From the NCBI RefSeq assembly GCF_004010195.1, contig NC_057757.1, positions 913,686-973,345 on the forward strand: 59,660 bases of DNA, given 5' to 3'. The translations under genes and the position numbers were made by a program. Each line of letters begins with the position of its first letter. Position 1 is the stretch's first letter. The stretch comes from Chiloscyllium plagiosum. Its lineage: Eukaryota. The notes under the pieces are model-generated. The model ran no database searches and was not told where the DNA came from. It saw only the letters and a list, made by a program, of their open reading frames with translations. Positions 48,746 to 59,660 of the stretch are shown in pieces.

Positions 48746-49610
48746 GCAAAGGACACAGATTGAAAACAACTGGCAAAAGAAGCAAATATATTTTAACACA
48801 TTGAGAGGTTAGGGTCTGGAATGCGCTGCCTGAGAGTTTGCTGGATGCTGGTTGAATTGAGGCTGTCAGAGGGGAGGTGAATTGTTTTATGAAGAGGTCA
48901 GATTTGCAAGGCAGCATGGAGAAGACAAGAGAGTGGCACTATCTGAGTTACTGTTACCGAGAGCCAGCACAGACATGGATGGGCGTGGGACTCTTTTTCT
49001 CCTGTGCTGTAACTATTCTGTGACTACAATTTTGAAAATAAATGCATTCCACAGGGATGTGCAGTGATATGGATAGTCTCAAGGCGGAGAAAGGTGGTGT
49101 TGAAGCACAAGTCCTTGTTTGTTCTTGAGTCACAGTAACATCCTGGCGGATCCTGGCTTCTTCATTGTGTATTCTGACACAGACAGATGTGCACAAACTC
49201 TGCCTGAACAGGTCCCCGGGCTCTGTTCCACAAGGGAGCAATTTCTTCATTGCCCTGTGCCCTCCTGGATGAATGGCACCACAGTTTGGAACAGGCCCCA
49301 CCCAAATCCTGCCCAATCTTCAACTGCAAAGCTAGCTACAGAACGACATTAACCCAGTGAGTACTGCTCTCGTTTCAGAGTCAGAATATCATAAGTTCAA
49401 GCACCCCACCTGTCGCCTCAGCCAAACCCAGGCTGAACAACTGAGTGCAGTACCGAAGGAGGGAGTGCCACATTGCCAGAGACACAGTCCTTCAGATAAG
49501 ACTCAGATGTCATTGCCTGCCTAGATGGATGTAAGAGGTCCCCAAATTGAAGAACTGGGGAAGGTTCTTCGTATCCTGGGGAAAATACATATTTCTCAAA
49601 CAACACCAAC

Positions 49611-49744
49611 TGAAGAAGGGCTTATGCTCGAAACGCGATTCTCCTTCTCCTTTGATGCTGCCTGACCTGCTGCGCTTTTCCAGCAACACATTTTTAAGCT
49701 CTGATCCCCAGCATCTGCAGTCCTCACTTTCTCCTAGTTGATTT
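49611..49744 (+). mobile_element. Family A Penelope-like terminus inserted into a DeuSINE-like copy, 10-bp TSD
   Basis: caacaccaac at 49601-49610 and 49745-49754. Confidence 0.75.
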
Positions 49745-51300
49745 CAACACCAACAGATTACCCAGCCACTGCAACACTGCTGTTTGTGGGACCTTGCTGG
49801 GCCACAATATGGCCCCTGCGTTTCTTACATTACACAAGAACTGTCCTTCAAATGTACTATGAAATGCTCTGGGACATCTCAAGGTCATGCCAGGCACTAC
49901 AGGAGTGAAAGGTTTATCTTCTGCTTTCTGTGGAGCCAACTGTTTGGTCTCTAGGATTTGGTGGGGGAGGAAAACGGGGCTAAGGTTTTGAATTAGAAAA
50001 ATGAGAACAGGAGGCTATTCAGCCCCTTGAGTCTGTTTCAACATTCAACCCAGCTTTGTTCATTGACGCAACAAGAAGATGGTTTGGGGTTGCCAGGGGC
50101 TTAGGTTGGTGCTTTGTAGCTGGTGCACTTGAGTTGGCGGGCGTGGGGCACTAAGTCACGGGGCTTTGGGAGGAGTGCAAGGAGTAAGCCGAGGGAAGGG
50201 AATGGAGGATTTGGGGTTTTTGGAGAGTGCCGAGTTGGGAGTTTGGAAGGGAAGAGGAGGGTCTAGTCAGCTTGAGAAGGCCAGAGATGAGTTAGAGGTT
50301 TTGGGAAGAATGTAAGATTTTGGGGAAATTTTGGGTTGTTTTTCGAAGCGGAGGGCTAAGGAATCAGGNNNNNNNNNNNNNNNNNNNNNNNNNNNNNNNN
50401 NNNNNNNNNNNNNNNNNNNNNNNNNNNNNNNNNNNNNNNNNNNNNNNNNNNNNNNNNNNNNNNNNNNNNNNNNNNNNNNNNNNNNNNNNNNNNNNNNNNN
50501 NNNNNNNNNNNNNNNNNNNNNNNNNNNNNNNNNNNNNNNNNNNNNNNNNNNNNNNNNNNNNNNNNNNNNNNNNNNNNNNNNNNNNNNNNNNNNNNNNNNN
50601 NNNNNNNNNNNNNNNNNNNNNNNNNNNNNNNNNNNNNNNNNNNNNNNNNNNNNNNNNNNNNNNNNNNNNNNNNNNNNNNNNNNNNNNNNNNNNNNNNNNN
50701 NNNNNNNNNNNNNNNNNNNNNNNNNNNNNNNNNNNNNNNNNNNNNNNNNNNNNNNNNNNNNNNNNNNNNNNNNNNNNNNNNNNNNNNNNNNNNNNNNNNN
50801 NNNNNNNNNNNNNNNNNNNNNNNNNNNNNNNNNNNNNNNNNNNNNNNNNNNNNNNNNNNNNNNNNNNNTCCTCACTCCAAACGGCAGCGGAAATCTTCGA
50901 TTCTCTCCCTGCCCCAGAAACACTGTCAAAACTGGGGGTTCATAGGAAATTACCACAGAAACAACAGGCCCTCTGGTCCGACTCATCCATGCAGATCCAG
51001 TCCTGCTTACCCCTGCTTGGCCCACACTCCCCACCCCCAACCCCCAACCCTTTCCCATTCCTGTGCTTATACCTGTCTGAATGTCTTAAATATTATAACT
51101 GTACCTGCATCGACCACTTCCTTTGGCAGCTCATTTCCGCACACGAGCCACCCTCTCTGTGGAAAAAGTTGCCCCTCTTTAAATCTTTCTCCTCTCATCT
51201 TTTAAAAATTATGCCAGGCAAAAGTGAGGACTGCAGATGCTGGAGATCAGGGTGGCGCTGGAAAAGCACAGCAGGTCAGGCGGCATCTGAGGAGCAGGAA

Positions 51301-51335
51301 AATCGACGTTTCGGGCAAAAGCCCTTCATCAGGAA
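51301..51335 (-). ncRNA. Minimal type I hammerhead ribozyme motif (family A), canonical core intact
   Basis: Minus strand UUC-CUGAUGA-a-GGGC uuuu GCCC-GAAA-C-GUC-GAUU: both core boxes, 4-bp stem II, palindromic ACGU stem III, GUC triplet; stem I is short. Confidence 0.6.
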
Positions 51336-51758
51336 AGAAGGAACCTTTTTTAAAATGATGCCCGCTAGTTTTGAACTCCCTGACCTTGGAGAAAATACCT
51401 CCTTTATTTTTCACCTTATCCATGCCCCTCCGTGATTTTATAAGCCTCAGTACTCCAGTGAGAAAAGTCTCAGCCCCTCCTTTATAACTCAAACCCTCGA
51501 GTCCTGGTGAATCTTTTCTGCACCCTCTCCAGCTTAATGATATCCTTCCTATAACAAGGTGGCCAGAGCTTGGCAGAGAGTATTCTAAAAGTGCTCTCAC
51601 CCACGTCCTACACAACTGTGACACTTTATCCCAATTCTTATAGCTCCAGGTCTGAGCAGTGAAGGCCACTTTAACAAGCGTGTCTGTACGTTTTGCAAAC
51701 TTTAAAGAATAATGAACCAGAAACCCCAGGACCCTCTGTTGTCCAACAGTACTCGGGG

Positions 51759-51993
51759 ATGGAAATGTGTTGCTGGAGAAGCGCAGCAGGTCAGGCAGCA
51801 TCTAGGGAACAGGAGAATCGACGTTTCGGGCATTAGCCCTTCTTCAGGAATGGCGGTGGAATGGCGGGTGAACTCTTTGATGCCCGAAACGTCTATTCTC
51901 CTGTTCCCTAGATGCTGCCTGACCTGCTGCGCTTCTCCAGCAACACATTTCCATCTCTGATCTCCAGCATCTGCAGACCTCATTTTCTCTTCA
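51759..51993. mobile_element. Young foldback family A Penelope-like terminus with 14-bp TSD and an exon-derived spacer
   Basis: Arms 51759-51833 and 51880-51954 (75 bp, one mismatch); TSD aacagtactcgggg at 51745-51758 and 51994-52007. Confidence 0.88.
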
Positions 51994-52174
51994 AACAGTA
52001 CTCGGGGCCCTACTTTTAAATTTATAAGTCCAGCCCTTGTTTGTCTTCAGAGCATTAGAGGTGACACTGGTTAGGGGGAAGTGTGTTTAAGACACTGAAC
52101 AGCCGTGATCTCTGCGAAGTGGCTGGAATGGGCTTGCGGGTTGAATCTCTCTGTCACACTTTGTTATTTGGAAA

Positions 52175-52495
52175 TAGATTAGATTAGATTCCCTACAGTA
52201 TGGAACCAGGCCCTTCGGCCCAACCAGTCCACACCGACCCCCCGAAGAGTAACCCACCCAGGCCCATTTCCCTCTGACTAATGCACCTAACACTATGGGC
52301 AATTGAGCACGGCCAATTCACCCTGACCTGCACATCTTTGGACTGTGGGAGGAAACTGGAGCACCCGGAGGAAACCCACGCAGACACGGGGAGAATGTAC
52401 AAACTCCACACAGACAGTCGCCTGAGGGTGGGATTGAACCTGGGACCCTGCTGCTGTGAGGCAGCAGTGCTAACCACTGTGCCACCGTGCTGCCC
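52175..52495 (-). mobile_element. HE1-type V-SINE, full length
   Basis: Same consensus as 37888-38219. Confidence 0.9.
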
Positions 52496-52645
52496 ATCTT
52501 GCTTTGATGACTGCACCGATCCCACCCCTGGGATCTTTCTATTCTCACTGGAGTGTGTTGCAGGGCTCGGTGAGGGGAAGTTTCGCGACCTGAATGGGTT
52601 TTCCTTTCATTCCAAAGCCCCAGCCTTCTGCTTATCTTTGCTCAG

Positions 52646-59533
<6,888 letters not shown>

Positions 59534-59660
59534 TGAATATGGAACTTCATCCCTGTTTCCCAGCTCGCTGTGGTTTCCCATAGCCCTCTAAACACTTACA
59601 CCCCCTCCCTGTCTCTGTAACCCCCTCCAGCCCCTACACCCCCTCCCTGTCTCTGTAACC

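Larger units (their letters stand above)
50945..52045 (-). mobile_element. Decayed CR1 LINE 3' fragment carrying two Penelope-like insertions
   Basis: CR1 3' motifs interrupted at about 51217-51345 and at 51759-51993. Confidence 0.75.

Overview
Vertebrate genomic DNA, very likely a shark: it carries HE1-type V-SINEs, HER1/CR1 LINEs and DeuSINE-like elements. It is repeat-dense and has nine N gaps, three of them fixed 500-N placeholders. Two divergently oriented spliced genes can be rebuilt exon by exon with consistent GT-AG sites and phases. The first is a zyxin-family LIM gene, best matching TRIP6, on the minus strand (7 coding exons, 39212 to 25027; the LIM3/C-terminal exons are not visible and probably lie in a gap). 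The second is a BTB-zinc finger gene, best matching BCL6B, on the plus strand (6 coding exons, 52646 to 59344, running off the window). The left third has no recognisable coding exon but has a CpG island with a GGTCACGTGACC palindrome and a CCAAT/TATA-like minus-strand promoter candidate of an unidentified gene. Most notable non-genic signals: (1) many short Penelope-like termini with minimal hammerhead-ribozyme cores, often as foldbacks with 10-14 bp target-site duplications; (2) one such foldback whose loop is an exact 27-nt antisense copy of the BCL6B first coding exon about 800 bp away; (3) repeated birth of minisatellites from internal segments of four retroposon families, one with a 196-bp higher-order repeat. 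Almost all ORF-track entries are spurious. Family and orthology calls come from recalled sequences, not database searches.
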